Shown here in pieces: positions 1-10,473 of a stretch of DNA of 64,000 nt. Both the position numbers and the translations under genes were made by a program. Numbering within the stretch: position 1 is the stretch's first letter; every line of letters begins with the position of its first letter. The stretch lies in NCBI RefSeq assembly GCF_003019035.1, contig NZ_CP027447.1; one strand, 5' to 3'. The notes under the pieces were generated by a model that was given only the letters and a program-made list of their open reading frames with translations, was not told the DNA's origin and made no database searches. Source of the DNA: Escherichia coli (lineage in GTDB: Bacteria > Pseudomonadota > Gammaproteobacteria > Enterobacterales > Enterobacteriaceae).

Positions 1-807
1 GAGAATGGTACTGATAGCAGCTTCGACGATAACATCGTTGATGTGCGCCGGATCGTCTTTGCCAATCCGCCCGTTGGCATCAATTTGCAGTTCAATATGC
101 AGACCGTTATTTTTCAGCAAAATGCAGGTCGGCGCAGCGGCATCGCCACGGTAACCGACAAACTGCGCCGGGGTACGTAACGTGGTTTCTTTACCATTTT
201 TCAACTGGATGCGTAATTGTTTATCGACCACCTTAAACGCCACCACATCCTGATAGCTGCCGTTTTCCAGCGGTAGTGATTCATCGAGGAAACGCCGAAC
301 CCAGGCGATAACCTGCTCACCGCGCTGCGGATCGTAGCCGCTGACCATCGCCCCTTCCTGCGGGATGATGTCGCTGCCGTATAACGCATCGTACAGTGAG
401 CCCCAGCGAGCGTTCGCCGCGTTCAGCGCGTAGCGGGCGTTCATTGCCGGAACCACCAGCTGTGGCCCCGCCTGGCTGGTGATTTCGCTGTCAATGCCCG
501 TGGTTTCCACTGTCACGCGCTCCGGTTGTGGCACCAGGTAGCCCAGTTCACGCAGGAAAGATTTATAGGCCGCTTTATCTTTAACCGGCCCCGGATTGCT
601 GCGATGCCACTCATCAAGCGCCGCCTGAATGCGATCGCGTTCTGCCAGCAACTGACGATTTTCTGGTGCCAGATCGTGAACGATCTCATCAAAATTGCGC
701 CAGAACGCCGCAGTGTCCAACCCTGTTCCCGGTAAAACTTCTTCATCCACAAAACGTTTAAAATTGGCGTTAATGCGTAAACGGCCCTGGGTTATGGTTT
801 GACTCAT
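1..807 (-). CDS. glcB: malate synthase G, 5' portion (gene continues past window start)
   Basis: Reverse complement of 781-807 reads ATG AGT CAA ACC ATA ACC CAG GGC CGT = MSQTITQGR, the GlcB N-terminus; frame stays open to position 1 (269 codons); last gene of glcDEFGB order. Confidence 0.85.
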   Translation of the reverse strand, partial: MSQTITQGRLRINANFKRFVDEEVLPGTGLDTAAFWRNFDEIVHDLAPENRQLLAERDRIQAALDEWHRSNPGPVKDKAAYKSFLRELGYLVPQPERVTVETTGIDSEITSQAGPQLVVPAMNARYALNAANARWGSLYDALYGSDIIPQEGAMVSGYDPQRGEQVIAWVRRFLDESLPLENGSYQDVVAFKVVDKQLRIQLKNGKETTLRTPAQFVGYRGDAAAPTCILLKNNGLHIELQIDANGRIGKDDPAHINDVIVEAAISTIL

Positions 808-828
808 TGTTTATCTCCTCGTTTTCGC

Positions 829-1233
829 TTATTTCGCCAACACCGCTGCTGCCGCTTTCGCGACCTGCGCATCCTGTGCTCCGGTTAAACCAGAAACGCC
901 CACGGCACCAATAATTTGCCCATCCACAACAACCGGTACGCCACCTTCCAGCGACGTCAGTAACGGCGCAGTCACGAACGCGGTACGTCCGTTGTTCACC
1001 ATCTCTTCATAGCCCTTAGTTTCACGACGCCCCAGCGCGGCGGTACGCGCTTTCTCCTGGGAGATGTAAGCCGCAATCGGCGCGCAATCGTCCATGCGAC
1101 TTAACGCCAGCAGATGACCGCCGTCATCGGCAACAGCAATGGAAACAGACCAGTTGTTTTTCTGCGCCTCTTCCTGACCTGCGGCAATAATTGCACTCGC
1201 CATTTGCTGGCTAAGAATGACTTTAGTTTTCAT
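829..1233 (-). CDS. glcG: GlcG (heme-binding DUF336-family protein)
   Basis: 140-aa ORF; start moved to MKTKVIL to give 134 aa; position between glcF and glcB. Confidence 0.85.
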   Translation of the reverse strand: MKTKVILSQQMASAIIAAGQEEAQKNNWSVSIAVADDGGHLLALSRMDDCAPIAAYISQEKARTAALGRRETKGYEEMVNNGRTAFVTAPLLTSLEGGVPVVVDGQIIGAVGVSGLTGAQDAQVAKAAAAVLAK

Positions 1234-1237
1234 TTTG

Positions 1238-2461
1238 TTATTCCTTTTCAAGGGCTTGTTCTACAATTTCAATCCAGTGACGCACAGAGGTACGACCGGC
1301 GCTCGCCAGATGCGTCTGGCAACCAATGTTGGCGGTGACGATCATTTCCGGTTTGCCGCTTTCCAGCGCATTCATTTTGTTATCCCGCAGCTGGCGCGCC
1401 AGATCGGGATGCGTTAACGCATATGTTCCCGCCGACCCGCAGCACAGATGGCTGTCGGGAACGTCCGTTAAGGTAAATCCAAGACGAAGCAACACTTTTT
1501 CCACTTCGCCGTTCAGCTTTTGCGCATGTTGTAGGGTACACGGGCAGTGGAAGGCCAGTTTTTTATCGCCGCGAATTGCCAGTTTTTCCAGCGGTTCCTC
1601 GCGCAGAAGTTCGACTAAATCGACCGCCAGCTCACTGACCTGACGCGCTTTATCGGCATACAACGCATCGTTTTTCAGCATCTGCCCATACTCTTTGACA
1701 AACGCGCCACAACCGCTGGCGGTTTGCAAAATTGCCTCGGCACCTGCTTCAATCGCGGGCCACCAGGCATCAATATTATTGCGCGCCCGCGCCAGCCCTT
1801 TCTCTTGCGCATTAAGATGATAGTCCACCGCGCCACAACAGCCTGCTTCGTTAGCTGGCATGACGCTGATCCCCAGACGATCCAGCACTCGCGCAGTTGC
1901 CGCGTTGGTGTTGGGCGAAAGCGTAGGCTGGGCGCAGCCTTCCAGCATTAAAACCCGACGCTTATGGCGCAGCGGTGGACGCGGTTTAGCTTTCACGGTT
2001 TCAGCAGGCAGTTTTGCTCTGACCTGTTCCGGTAAAAACGGTCGCAGCACCAGCCCTACCTGCGTCAGCGCACGGAAGACCGCCGGACGCGGCACTACCT
2101 GGCGCAATCCTTCGCGCAGCATTCGCTCCGGCAGTGGGCGTTTCACTTTCTGCTCGACAATATCACGCCCGATATCCAGCAAATTGTGATAGCGCACACC
2201 AGAAGGACAGGTGGTTTCACAATTACGGCAAGTGAGACAGCGATCGAGATGTTCCTGCGTTTTAAGCGTGACGTCGTTGCCTTCCAGCACCTGTTTAATC
2301 AGATAGATGCGCCCGCGCGGCCCGTCCAGTTCATCGCCCAGAAGCTGATAGGTTGGGCAGGTTGCGGTACAAAATCCGCAGTGAACACAGGCGCGCAGGA
2401 TGCTGTCGGCTTCCAGCGCGCGCGCGTTCTGCCGCATCTCTTCAGTTAATTGGGTTTGCAT
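1238..2461 (-). CDS. glcF: glycolate oxidase iron-sulfur subunit
   Basis: Cys-rich ferredoxin-type motifs (CxxCxxCxxxCP) in translation; start set at MQTQLTEEMRQ giving 407 aa. Confidence 0.9.
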   Translation of the reverse strand: MQTQLTEEMRQNARALEADSILRACVHCGFCTATCPTYQLLGDELDGPRGRIYLIKQVLEGNDVTLKTQEHLDRCLTCRNCETTCPSGVRYHNLLDIGRDIVEQKVKRPLPERMLREGLRQVVPRPAVFRALTQVGLVLRPFLPEQVRAKLPAETVKAKPRPPLRHKRRVLMLEGCAQPTLSPNTNAATARVLDRLGISVMPANEAGCCGAVDYHLNAQEKGLARARNNIDAWWPAIEAGAEAILQTASGCGAFVKEYGQMLKNDALYADKARQVSELAVDLVELLREEPLEKLAIRGDKKLAFHCPCTLQHAQKLNGEVEKVLLRLGFTLTDVPDSHLCCGSAGTYALTHPDLARQLRDNKMNALESGKPEMIVTANIGCQTHLASAGRTSVRHWIEIVEQALEKE

Positions 2462-2471
2462 AGCCTGCTCC

Positions 2472-3524
2472 TCAAAGTTCCGCGTACATGCGACCGGGGT
2501 TAAACACGCCGCAAGGGTCGAGCTGCTGTTTAAGCTGCTGGTGATAGCGGAATAAAGGAGCCGGTAGCGGGGCAAAGCCACCATCTCCGGCACTAAAGCG
2601 GGTCGCATGACCGCCCGCGTTGCGGGCGATGCGATGGATTTGATTGTCATCGGCTGTCGATTTCAGCCAGCGTAGCGCCCCGCCCCAGTCGATCAGTTGC
2701 TCGCCGGGTAAATCTATCATCGGCGCATCGCTGGGTAAGGAAATGCGCCATAAGGTACCTGGTAACGAGAAGAACGGCAGTTGTTGTTCACGCAATTGCT
2801 GCCAGAACTGACCCGCAACCTCTTCGCCCCCCAGCAGTTCACGCGCTGCTTTTACCGATCCTTCGCCGCCCTCAAGGCGGATCCACAACGCATTGTCGAA
2901 GTAACATAAGCCACTAATGGGTAATGGCTGGAGTTGCCACTGGGCGATTTCATTCATGGCTTCTTGCAGGCTGATTTCCCGACGCAGGCTCAGGGAGGCG
3001 CGCGGTCGCGGTAACACTTTCATCGAGATTTCAGTGAGCACGCCAAGACAACCGTAGCTTCCGGCCATTAACCGTGAGAGATCGTATCCGGCAACGTTTT
3101 TCATCACTTCACCACCAAAACGCAGATGTTTTCCAGTGCCGGTAATGATGCGCGTGCCGAGGACAAAATCGCGGACCGAACCGCTCCACGGGCGACGCGG
3201 CCCCGCCAGCCCGCAGGCGACCATCCCGCCCCAGGTGGCTTCTTCACCATAATGTGGCGGCTCGCAGGGGAGCATTTGCCCGGCGCTCTCCAGCGCCGCT
3301 TCAATCGCCACCAGCGGCGTTCCGGCACGAGCGGTTATCACCAGCTCGGTCGGGTCGTAATTAACAATGCCGCGATGACAACGCACATCCAGCGTTTGCC
3401 CGGTGACAGGACGACCTAAAAAGGCTTTGCTATTGCTGCCCTGAATCACCAGCGGCGTTTTATCGCTAATCGCCTGATTCACCTGCTCCAGCAGCGCCTG
3501 GCTGTAATCACACTCGCGTAGCAT
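2472..3524 (-). CDS. glcE: glycolate oxidase FAD-binding subunit
   Basis: 350-aa ORF, FAD-binding PCMH-type domain; 1-nt overlap with glcD stop. Confidence 0.9.
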   Translation of the reverse strand: MLRECDYSQALLEQVNQAISDKTPLVIQGSNSKAFLGRPVTGQTLDVRCHRGIVNYDPTELVITARAGTPLVAIEAALESAGQMLPCEPPHYGEEATWGGMVACGLAGPRRPWSGSVRDFVLGTRIITGTGKHLRFGGEVMKNVAGYDLSRLMAGSYGCLGVLTEISMKVLPRPRASLSLRREISLQEAMNEIAQWQLQPLPISGLCYFDNALWIRLEGGEGSVKAARELLGGEEVAGQFWQQLREQQLPFFSLPGTLWRISLPSDAPMIDLPGEQLIDWGGALRWLKSTADDNQIHRIARNAGGHATRFSAGDGGFAPLPAPLFRYHQQLKQQLDPCGVFNPGRMYAEL

Positions 3525-5023
3525 CAGAAACGCTCCAGTTCAGGGAAAGGTAAATGACCGTGATGCACATGCATGGCACCAAATTCAGCACAGCGGTGTA
3601 GCGTGGGAATGTTTTTCCCAGGGTTCAGCAAACCATCGGGGTCAAACGCCGCCTTGACCGCATGGAAGGTCGTGATTTCATCGCTGTTGAACTGGGCGCA
3701 CATTTGATTGATTTTTTCGCGCCCAATGCCATGTTCCCCACTGATGCTGCCGCCAACTTCAACGCAAAGTTCGAGGATCTTCCCGCCCAGCTCTTCCGCG
3801 CGGGCAAATTCACCGGGTTCGTTGGCATCGAAAAGGATTAACGGGTGCATGTTGCCGTCTCCGGCATGAAAGACGTTGGCAACGCGTAAATCATATTGCT
3901 GCGATAAACGGGCAATGCCTTCCAGTACGCCAGGCAGCGCGCGGCGTGGGATGGTGCCATCCATACAGTAGTAATCCGGGGAAATGCGCCCCACTGCCGG
4001 GAATGCGTTCTTGCGGCCGGCCCAGAAACGTACGCGCTCTGCTTCGTCCTGTGCCAGACGGACGTCAGTCGCGCCCGCTTTCAACAAGATGTCGTTAACC
4101 CGCTCGCAGTCTTCCTGTACGTCAGACTCCACGCCGTCCAGCTCGCACAATAAAATCGCTTCGGCATCGACGGGATAACCGGCATGTATAAAATCTTCCG
4201 CCGCGCGGATCGACAGGTTATCCATCATCTCCAGCCCGCCGGGGATAATGCCATTGGCGATGATGTCACCAACCGCAAGTCCGGCTTTTTCTACCGAGTC
4301 AAAGCTGGCTAACAGCACCCGCGCCACGGGCGGCTTCGGCAGCAGTTTTACCGTCACTTCGGTGGTCACGCCGAGCATACCTTCCGATCCGGTAAACAGC
4401 GCCAGCAGGTCAAAACCAGGCGAATCCAGCGCGTCCGATCCCAGCGTCAGCGCCTCGCCATCCAGCGTTTGCACTTCAATTTTCAGCAGGTTATGTACGG
4501 TTAGACCATATTTCAGGCAGTGAACGCCACCGGCATTTTCCGCCACATTGCCGCCAATCGAACAGGCGATTTGTGAGGACGGATCCGGCGCGTAATAGAG
4601 ATTATGCGGCGCAACGGCCTGGGAGATCGCCAGGTTACGCACGCCCGGCTGCACGCGCGCACGGCGACCAACGGGGTTAATGTCGAGGATCTCTTTAAAG
4701 CGCGCCATCACCAACAACACACCTTTTTCCAGCGGCAGCGCGCCACCAGAAAGCCCGGTGCCTGCGCCACGGGTCACCACCGGCACACGCAGGCGGTGGC
4801 AGACAGCCAGAATCGCCGTCACCTGTTCCATCTGCTTAGGCAGAACAACCAGTAATGGACGCGTGCGATACGCGCTCAACCCGTCACACTCGTAAGGAAT
4901 GATCTCCTCATCGGTATGCAGGATCTCCAGTCCAGGGACATGCTCACGCAGTGCCATCAGTACCGATGTGCGGTCGACATCGGGTAAAGCGCCATCAAGA
5001 CGCTCTTCGTACAAGATGCTCAT
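3524..5023 (-). CDS. glcD: glycolate oxidase subunit GlcD (FAD-linked oxidase)
   Basis: 499-aa ORF, FAD-linked oxidase family; first gene of the minus-strand glc operon. Confidence 0.9.
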   Translation of the reverse strand: MSILYEERLDGALPDVDRTSVLMALREHVPGLEILHTDEEIIPYECDGLSAYRTRPLLVVLPKQMEQVTAILAVCHRLRVPVVTRGAGTGLSGGALPLEKGVLLVMARFKEILDINPVGRRARVQPGVRNLAISQAVAPHNLYYAPDPSSQIACSIGGNVAENAGGVHCLKYGLTVHNLLKIEVQTLDGEALTLGSDALDSPGFDLLALFTGSEGMLGVTTEVTVKLLPKPPVARVLLASFDSVEKAGLAVGDIIANGIIPGGLEMMDNLSIRAAEDFIHAGYPVDAEAILLCELDGVESDVQEDCERVNDILLKAGATDVRLAQDEAERVRFWAGRKNAFPAVGRISPDYYCMDGTIPRRALPGVLEGIARLSQQYDLRVANVFHAGDGNMHPLILFDANEPGEFARAEELGGKILELCVEVGGSISGEHGIGREKINQMCAQFNSDEITTFHAVKAAFDPDGLLNPGKNIPTLHRCAEFGAMHVHHGHLPFPELERF

Positions 5024-5273
5024 GAGTAGGCTTCGCTTTGTTGTGTTGTGTGGCAGCTGATTTTTGCGCGCTGCTTCTGTGAACAGTTATTAAGCGGGCT
5101 TTTCGTTTTCGTCTATCTCTTTAGCTACCGGTCAGACCATTTTTTTTCCAGCTCTGTGACCTTGTCTTGGTTAACTTAATGTTAAATTGATGTAACATAA
5201 TCACTTACGTGATGTGCGTGTTTTGCGAGTTAAGAACAGAAAAATTGGTCCTACCTGTGCACGAGGTCCGGGA
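5024..5273. promoter_or_regulatory. glcD / glcC divergent promoter-operator region
   Basis: 250-bp non-coding interval between divergently oriented glcD and glcC; regulatory role inferred from position. Confidence 0.5.
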
Positions 5274-6038
5274 ATGAAAGATGAACGTCGCCCTATTTGC
5301 GAAGTGGTTGCAGAGAGTATCGAACGGTTAATTATCGACGGCGTACTGAAGGTCGGTCAGCCGCTTCCCTCGGAACGTCGACTGTGTGAAAAGCTCGGCT
5401 TCTCACGCTCCGCACTGCGTGAAGGGCTGACCGTGCTGCGCGGGCGCGGGATTATTGAAACGGCGCAGGGTCGCGATTCTCGTGTCGCACGGCTTAATCG
5501 GGTGCAGGACACCAGCCCGCTGATCCATCTGTTCAGTACGCAGCCGCGAACGCTGTACGATCTGCTCGACGTTCGCGCATTACTGGAGGGCGAATCGGCA
5601 AGGCTGGCGGCAACGCTGGGAACCCAGGCTGATTTTGTTGTGATAACCCGCTGTTATGAAAAAATGCTCGCCGCCAGTGAGAACAACAAAGAGATTTCGC
5701 TGATCGAACATGCGCAGTTGGATCACGCTTTCCATCTCGCCATTTGTCAGGCTTCTCACAATCAGGTGCTGGAGTTTACGCTGCAATCATTGACCGACCT
5801 GATGTTTAATTCGGTGTTTGCCAGCGTAAATAATCTCTACCATCGACCACAGCAAAAAAAGCAGATCGATCGCCAGCATGCGCGGATCTACAACGCGGTG
5901 TTGCAGCGGCTGCCGCACGTCGCCCAGCGCGCAGCACGCGATCATGTGCGGACCGTGAAAAAGAATCTCCACGATATCGAGCTGGAAGGCCACCATTTGA
6001 TTCGCTCGGCGGTGCCGCTGGAGATGAAGCAGGGGTGA
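5274..6038 (+). CDS. glcC: GntR/FadR-family transcriptional activator of the glc operon
   Basis: 274-aa ORF trimmed to MKDERRP start (254 aa); N-terminal GntR winged-helix region. Confidence 0.9.
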   Translation: MKDERRPICEVVAESIERLIIDGVLKVGQPLPSERRLCEKLGFSRSALREGLTVLRGRGIIETAQGRDSRVARLNRVQDTSPLIHLFSTQPRTLYDLLDVRALLEGESARLAATLGTQADFVVITRCYEKMLAASENNKEISLIEHAQLDHAFHLAICQASHNQVLEFTLQSLTDLMFNSVFASVNNLYHRPQQKKQIDRQHARIYNAVLQRLPHVAQRAARDHVRTVKKNLHDIELEGHHLIRSAVPLEMKQG

Positions 6039-6044
6039 CTGCCA

Positions 6045-7187
6045 TCAAATCTGCTTTTCATACAATCGGTAACGCTTGTACGGCTCCGCCCCAATGCGTT
6101 CCAGCATGTTATTCATGCCTGTATTGGTTTCGAGGATCCATGACATCTCCAGCGCATCGATCTTCCGGCGGGCAAACGGATCGCGTAAGGCTTCAATCAA
6201 TAACAACGCAATCACCGGGCCGATGCGGCTGAACTGATACTCGTCCCGCACGCCCATCAGCGGTACTCGCGCAGTTCGCACACCGCTGACTTTTAAACGC
6301 CACAGCAATTTTGCCCAGCCGAAGGGAAAGAGCGATCCGTTCAGATCGGCAATCGCCTCGTTGATGTTTGGCAAGCCGACAATAAACGCGCAGGGTGCAG
6401 AATCAATCTCAGCGATGTAGATCATATCGTCCGGCACCAGATATTTAAGTTGGTCGCCCATGGTCGCGAATTCATGTTCGGTAAACGGCACAAATCCCCA
6501 GTTGTGCTGCCAGCCAGAATTGAAAATCTCACGCAGGATCTGCATCTCTTCGGCAAACCGCTGGCGATTGATGCAGCGAATGGTCACCTTCTTACGCACC
6601 TGATCCATCAGTTTTTTTAGCGCCGGAGAGAAAGTGAGATCGGTTCGCTGCATCCACCACGCCAGTAAATCAATGCCTTTGTGATAACCCAATTGTTCAA
6701 TATGCGCGGCATACCACGGTTTACCGTGCGGCATCATCGCACAGGGTGGTGTATCGAAACCTTCAATCAGTAATCCGCTTTCCTGATTGATATTCAGGCT
6801 GAAAGGCCCGCTGATCTTACTTGCACCTTGTGACTTCAACCACGCTTCCGCTGCGCCAAACAACGCGGCAAAAACCTGCGGATCATCAATGGCGTCAATC
6901 ATGCCGAAATGACCGGTATCTTTGCCGTAACGCTCGCGGTGCAAGGTATCTATTTGCGCGGTAATACGCCCAACTATCTGCCCCGCTTTTTTTGCCACCC
7001 ACGCCTGCCAGATGATATGGTCCGTCCCCGGATTTTTCGCAGACAAATGCTCGTTGCGTTCAATGAATAAAGGGGGTATCCAGTTTGGATCGTCGGGATA
7101 AAGTGATGACGGAAAAGCGATAAATGCCTTAAGGTCATTTTTATTAATTACTTTTTCAATTTTAATCATCAGCAGATCGCATTCCAT
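6045..7187 (-). CDS. yghO: GNAT-like N-acyltransferase, candidate amine N-acylating enzyme (possible ceramide-synthase analogue)
   Basis: 380-aa ORF recognised as YghO; acyl-CoA N-acyltransferase-like fold assignment is from memory of the family, not a motif I can point to; start could be 7169 (MIKIEKV). Confidence 0.7.
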   Translation of the reverse strand: MECDLLMIKIEKVINKNDLKAFIAFPSSLYPDDPNWIPPLFIERNEHLSAKNPGTDHIIWQAWVAKKAGQIVGRITAQIDTLHRERYGKDTGHFGMIDAIDDPQVFAALFGAAEAWLKSQGASKISGPFSLNINQESGLLIEGFDTPPCAMMPHGKPWYAAHIEQLGYHKGIDLLAWWMQRTDLTFSPALKKLMDQVRKKVTIRCINRQRFAEEMQILREIFNSGWQHNWGFVPFTEHEFATMGDQLKYLVPDDMIYIAEIDSAPCAFIVGLPNINEAIADLNGSLFPFGWAKLLWRLKVSGVRTARVPLMGVRDEYQFSRIGPVIALLLIEALRDPFARRKIDALEMSWILETNTGMNNMLERIGAEPYKRYRLYEKQI

Positions 7188-7530
7188 AGTTCTGTGGGTA
7201 ACAAATAATTAACGGTGACAAACAGGTTGCAACAGCAACGAACGGCACCTTAATAATCAACCCAATGAATACAAACGACGAATAAATAGTATTTATTAAT
7301 GATTACGATAAGGTCAGAGACTACACAGAAGCGCCACAATGCCTTTTGTCGATTTAAGGCGACCGGACAAGGCTCCTTCTTAATATATTCATAAATTAAA
7401 TATCATTCACAATAAAAACAAAAAACTCAAATTCATTATTTAAATCAATGTTCATTTTCACACTGATGAAAATACTATCTCATTTATCTTTTATGCCTAT
7501 ATAATCCACCGCATTATTGTCATTTTATTT
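7188..7530. promoter_or_regulatory. AT-rich divergent control region between yghO and the lipid-synthesis operon
   Basis: 343-bp strongly AT-rich non-coding interval (runs such as aataaatagtatttattaatgatta) between divergent genes. Confidence 0.45.
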
Positions 7531-9282
7531 TTGATATCCAATTTTTTCGTGGTGTATATGTCTAATAAAATCTTTACGCATTCCCTACCTATGCGCTATG
7601 CCGATTTTCCAACGCTGGTTGATGCTTTGGACTATGCCGCTCTGAGTAGCGCTGGAATGAATTTTTATGACAGACGTTGCCAACTTGAAGATCAACTGGA
7701 ATATCAGACGTTAAAAGCGCGTGCCGAAGCTGGTGCGAAGCGGTTGTTATCGCTGAACCTGAAAAAAGGCGATCGCGTGGCACTGATTGCCGAAACCAGT
7801 AGCGGGTTCGTAGAGGCTTTTTTTGCCTGCCAGTATGCCGGCTTAGTCGCCGTCCCGTTGGCGATTCCCATGGGCGTCGGTCAGCGGGATTCCTGGAGCG
7901 CCAAGCTGCAGGGTTTACTGGCAAGTTGCCAGCCCGCAGCCATTATCACTGGTGATGAGTGGTTGCCACTGGTCAATGCCGCGACGCATAACAACAACCC
8001 CGAATTACATGTTTTAAGCCACGCCTGGTTTAAGGCATTACCGGAAGCCGATGTTGCGCTCCAGCGTCCAGTTCCGAACGATATCGCCTACCTCCAGTAC
8101 ACCTCCGGCAGCACCCGTTTTCCCCGTGGCGTCATTATCACCCATCGCGAAGTGATGGCTAATCTACGTGCTATAAGCCACGATGGCATAAAATTACGCC
8201 CTGGCGACCGCTGCGTCTCCTGGCTGCCTTTCTACCATGATATGGGACTGGTCGGCTTTCTCCTGACCCCCGTCGCCACGCAGCTTTCAGTAGATTATTT
8301 GCGCACTCAGGATTTTGCCATGCGTCCTCTGCAATGGCTTAAATTGATCAGTAAAAATCGCGGCACCGTTTCCGTTGCGCCGCCGTTTGGCTATGAATTG
8401 TGCCAGCGCCGCGTGAATGAAAAAGATCTCGCTGAACTGGATCTTTCCTGCTGGCGCGTCGCTGGTATTGGTGCAGAACCCATCTCCGCAGAACAACTCC
8501 ATCAATTCGCTGAATGTTTCCGTCAGGTCAACTTTGACGATAAAACTTTCATGCCGTGCTACGGACTGGCAGAAAATGCGCTGGCTGTCAGCTTCTCTGA
8601 TGAAGCTTCCGGGGTTGTGGTTAACGAAGTGGATCGCGACATCCTCGAATATCAGGGCAAAGCCGTCGCGCCGGATGCTGAAACACGCGCCGTATCGACT
8701 TTCGTCAACTGCGGTAAAGCGTTGCCGGAACATGGCATTGAAATCCGCAATGAAGCAGGTATACCTGTCGCGGAACGTGTGGTAGGCCATATTTGCATCT
8801 CCGGCCCTAGCCTGATGAGCGGTTACTTTGGCGACCAGATTTCACAAGACGAGATTGCCGCGACGGGCTGGTTAGACACCGGCGACCTCGGTTATCTGCT
8901 GGACGGTTATCTGTATGTCACCGGACGCATTAAAGATCTGATTATTATTCGTGGCCGTAATATCTGGCCGCAGGATATTGAATATATTGCGGAACAGGAA
9001 CCGGAAATTCATTCTGGCGATGCGATTGCTTTTGTTACCGCCCAGGAAAAAATCATTTTGCAGATCCAGTGTCGGATCAGCGATGAAGAACGTCGCGGGC
9101 AGCTTATCCACGCGCTGGCAGCACGGATCCAAAGCGAATTTGGTGTGACCGCGGCTATCGATCTGTTGCCGCCCCACAGTATTCCCCGAACGTCCTCCGG
9201 CAAGCCTGCCCGTGCGGAAGCGAAAAAACGTTATCAGAAGGCTTATGCTGCAAGCCTTCATGTGCAGGAATCCCTGGCATGA
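7531..9282 (+). CDS. fatty acyl-AMP ligase / acyl-ACP synthetase (AMP-binding superfamily)
   Basis: 583-aa ORF with adenylation motif YTSGSTRFPRGV and C-terminal SSGKPAR-type motif; start may be 7558 or 7591; stop overlaps next start (ATGA). Confidence 0.8.
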   Translation: MISNFFVVYMSNKIFTHSLPMRYADFPTLVDALDYAALSSAGMNFYDRRCQLEDQLEYQTLKARAEAGAKRLLSLNLKKGDRVALIAETSSGFVEAFFACQYAGLVAVPLAIPMGVGQRDSWSAKLQGLLASCQPAAIITGDEWLPLVNAATHNNNPELHVLSHAWFKALPEADVALQRPVPNDIAYLQYTSGSTRFPRGVIITHREVMANLRAISHDGIKLRPGDRCVSWLPFYHDMGLVGFLLTPVATQLSVDYLRTQDFAMRPLQWLKLISKNRGTVSVAPPFGYELCQRRVNEKDLAELDLSCWRVAGIGAEPISAEQLHQFAECFRQVNFDDKTFMPCYGLAENALAVSFSDEASGVVVNEVDRDILEYQGKAVAPDAETRAVSTFVNCGKALPEHGIEIRNEAGIPVAERVVGHICISGPSLMSGYFGDQISQDEIAATGWLDTGDLGYLLDGYLYVTGRIKDLIIIRGRNIWPQDIEYIAEQEPEIHSGDAIAFVTAQEKIILQIQCRISDEERRGQLIHALAARIQSEFGVTAAIDLLPPHSIPRTSSGKPARAEAKKRYQKAYAASLHVQESLA

Positions 9283-10193
9283 ATCAAACTGTCGCGGTGA
9301 CGGGCGCTACCGGGTTTATCGGTAAATATATTATCGATAACCTGCTCGCCCGCGGCTTTCACGTTCGCGCATTGACGCGTACTGCCCGTGCTCACGTCAA
9401 TGACAATCTCATCTGGGTGCGCGGTTCTCTGGAAGATACTCATTCACTTAGCGAACTGGTTGCCGGAGCCAGCGTGGTGGTCCATTGCGCCGGGCAAGTG
9501 CGCGGGCACAAAGAAGAGATTTTTACCCGCTGTAACGTTGACGGCAGCCTGCGACTGATGCAAGCGGCAAAAGAGAGCGGCTTTTGCCAACGTTTTCTGT
9601 TTATCTCTTCGCTGGCGGCGCGCCATCCCGAACTCTCCTGGTACGCAAATTCCAAACACGTCGCCGAACAACGGCTGACTGCAATGGCTGATGAAATTAC
9701 GCTGGGCGTTTTTCGCCCGACAGCCGTGTATGGTCCCGGCGATAAAGAGTTAAAACCGCTGTTTGACTGGATGCTGCGCGGCCTGCTGCCACGACTTGGT
9801 GCGCCAGATACACAACTCTCTTTCCTGCACGTCACCGATTTTGCGCAAGCAGTGGGTCAGTGGTTAAGCGCCGAAACTGTACAGACGCAAACCTATGAAT
9901 TATGCGATGGCGTCGCTGGCGGCTATGACTGGCAACGCGTACGACAGCTTGCCGCCGAAGCCCGTTGTGGTTCTGTGCAGATGGTTGGCATTCCTCTGCC
10001 GGTACTCACCTGCCTTGCGGATATCAGTACTGCGTTGAGTCGCCTGGCAGGTAAAGAACCTATGCTGACCCGCTCGAAAATTCGTGAATTAACCCACGCC
10101 GACTGGTCGGCAAATAATAACCGTATTTCTGAAGATATTAATTGGTTTCCCGGGATTAGCCTGGAACACGCATTACGCAACGGGCTATTTTGA
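9279..10193 (+). CDS. NAD(P)-dependent epimerase/dehydratase-fold reductase
   Basis: 304-aa ORF; N-terminal Rossmann motif VTGATGFIGKYI; translationally coupled to upstream ligase. Confidence 0.8.
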   Translation: MNQTVAVTGATGFIGKYIIDNLLARGFHVRALTRTARAHVNDNLIWVRGSLEDTHSLSELVAGASVVVHCAGQVRGHKEEIFTRCNVDGSLRLMQAAKESGFCQRFLFISSLAARHPELSWYANSKHVAEQRLTAMADEITLGVFRPTAVYGPGDKELKPLFDWMLRGLLPRLGAPDTQLSFLHVTDFAQAVGQWLSAETVQTQTYELCDGVAGGYDWQRVRQLAAEARCGSVQMVGIPLPVLTCLADISTALSRLAGKEPMLTRSKIRELTHADWSANNNRISEDINWFPGISLEHALRNGLF

Positions 10194-10224
10194 TTGTCTT
10201 GTTTAAAGGTGTGTTAACGTTTCT

Positions 10225-10473
10225 ATGGTAAATCGTGAAATAGTAATGGATTACATCCTTTCCTGTTTACAGGATTTGGTCGAAAACGGTGTGGAAATTA
10301 AGCCCAACAGCGATCTCGTCAACGATCTTGGCCTGGAGTCGATCAAAGTGATGGATCTCTTAATGATGCTGGAAGACAGATTCGATATTTCCATTCCTAT
10401 TAATATTCTGCTGGATGTCAAAACCCCTGTGCAATTAATGGAAACTCTACTTCCATGGCTGGAGAATAAATAA
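10225..10473 (+). CDS. acyl carrier protein (dedicated)
   Basis: 82-aa acidic ORF with phosphopantetheine-attachment-type motif DLGLESIKVMDL; stop overlaps next start (TAATG); start may be 10246. Confidence 0.75.
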   Translation: MVNREIVMDYILSCLQDLVENGVEIKPNSDLVNDLGLESIKVMDLLMMLEDRFDISIPINILLDVKTPVQLMETLLPWLENK

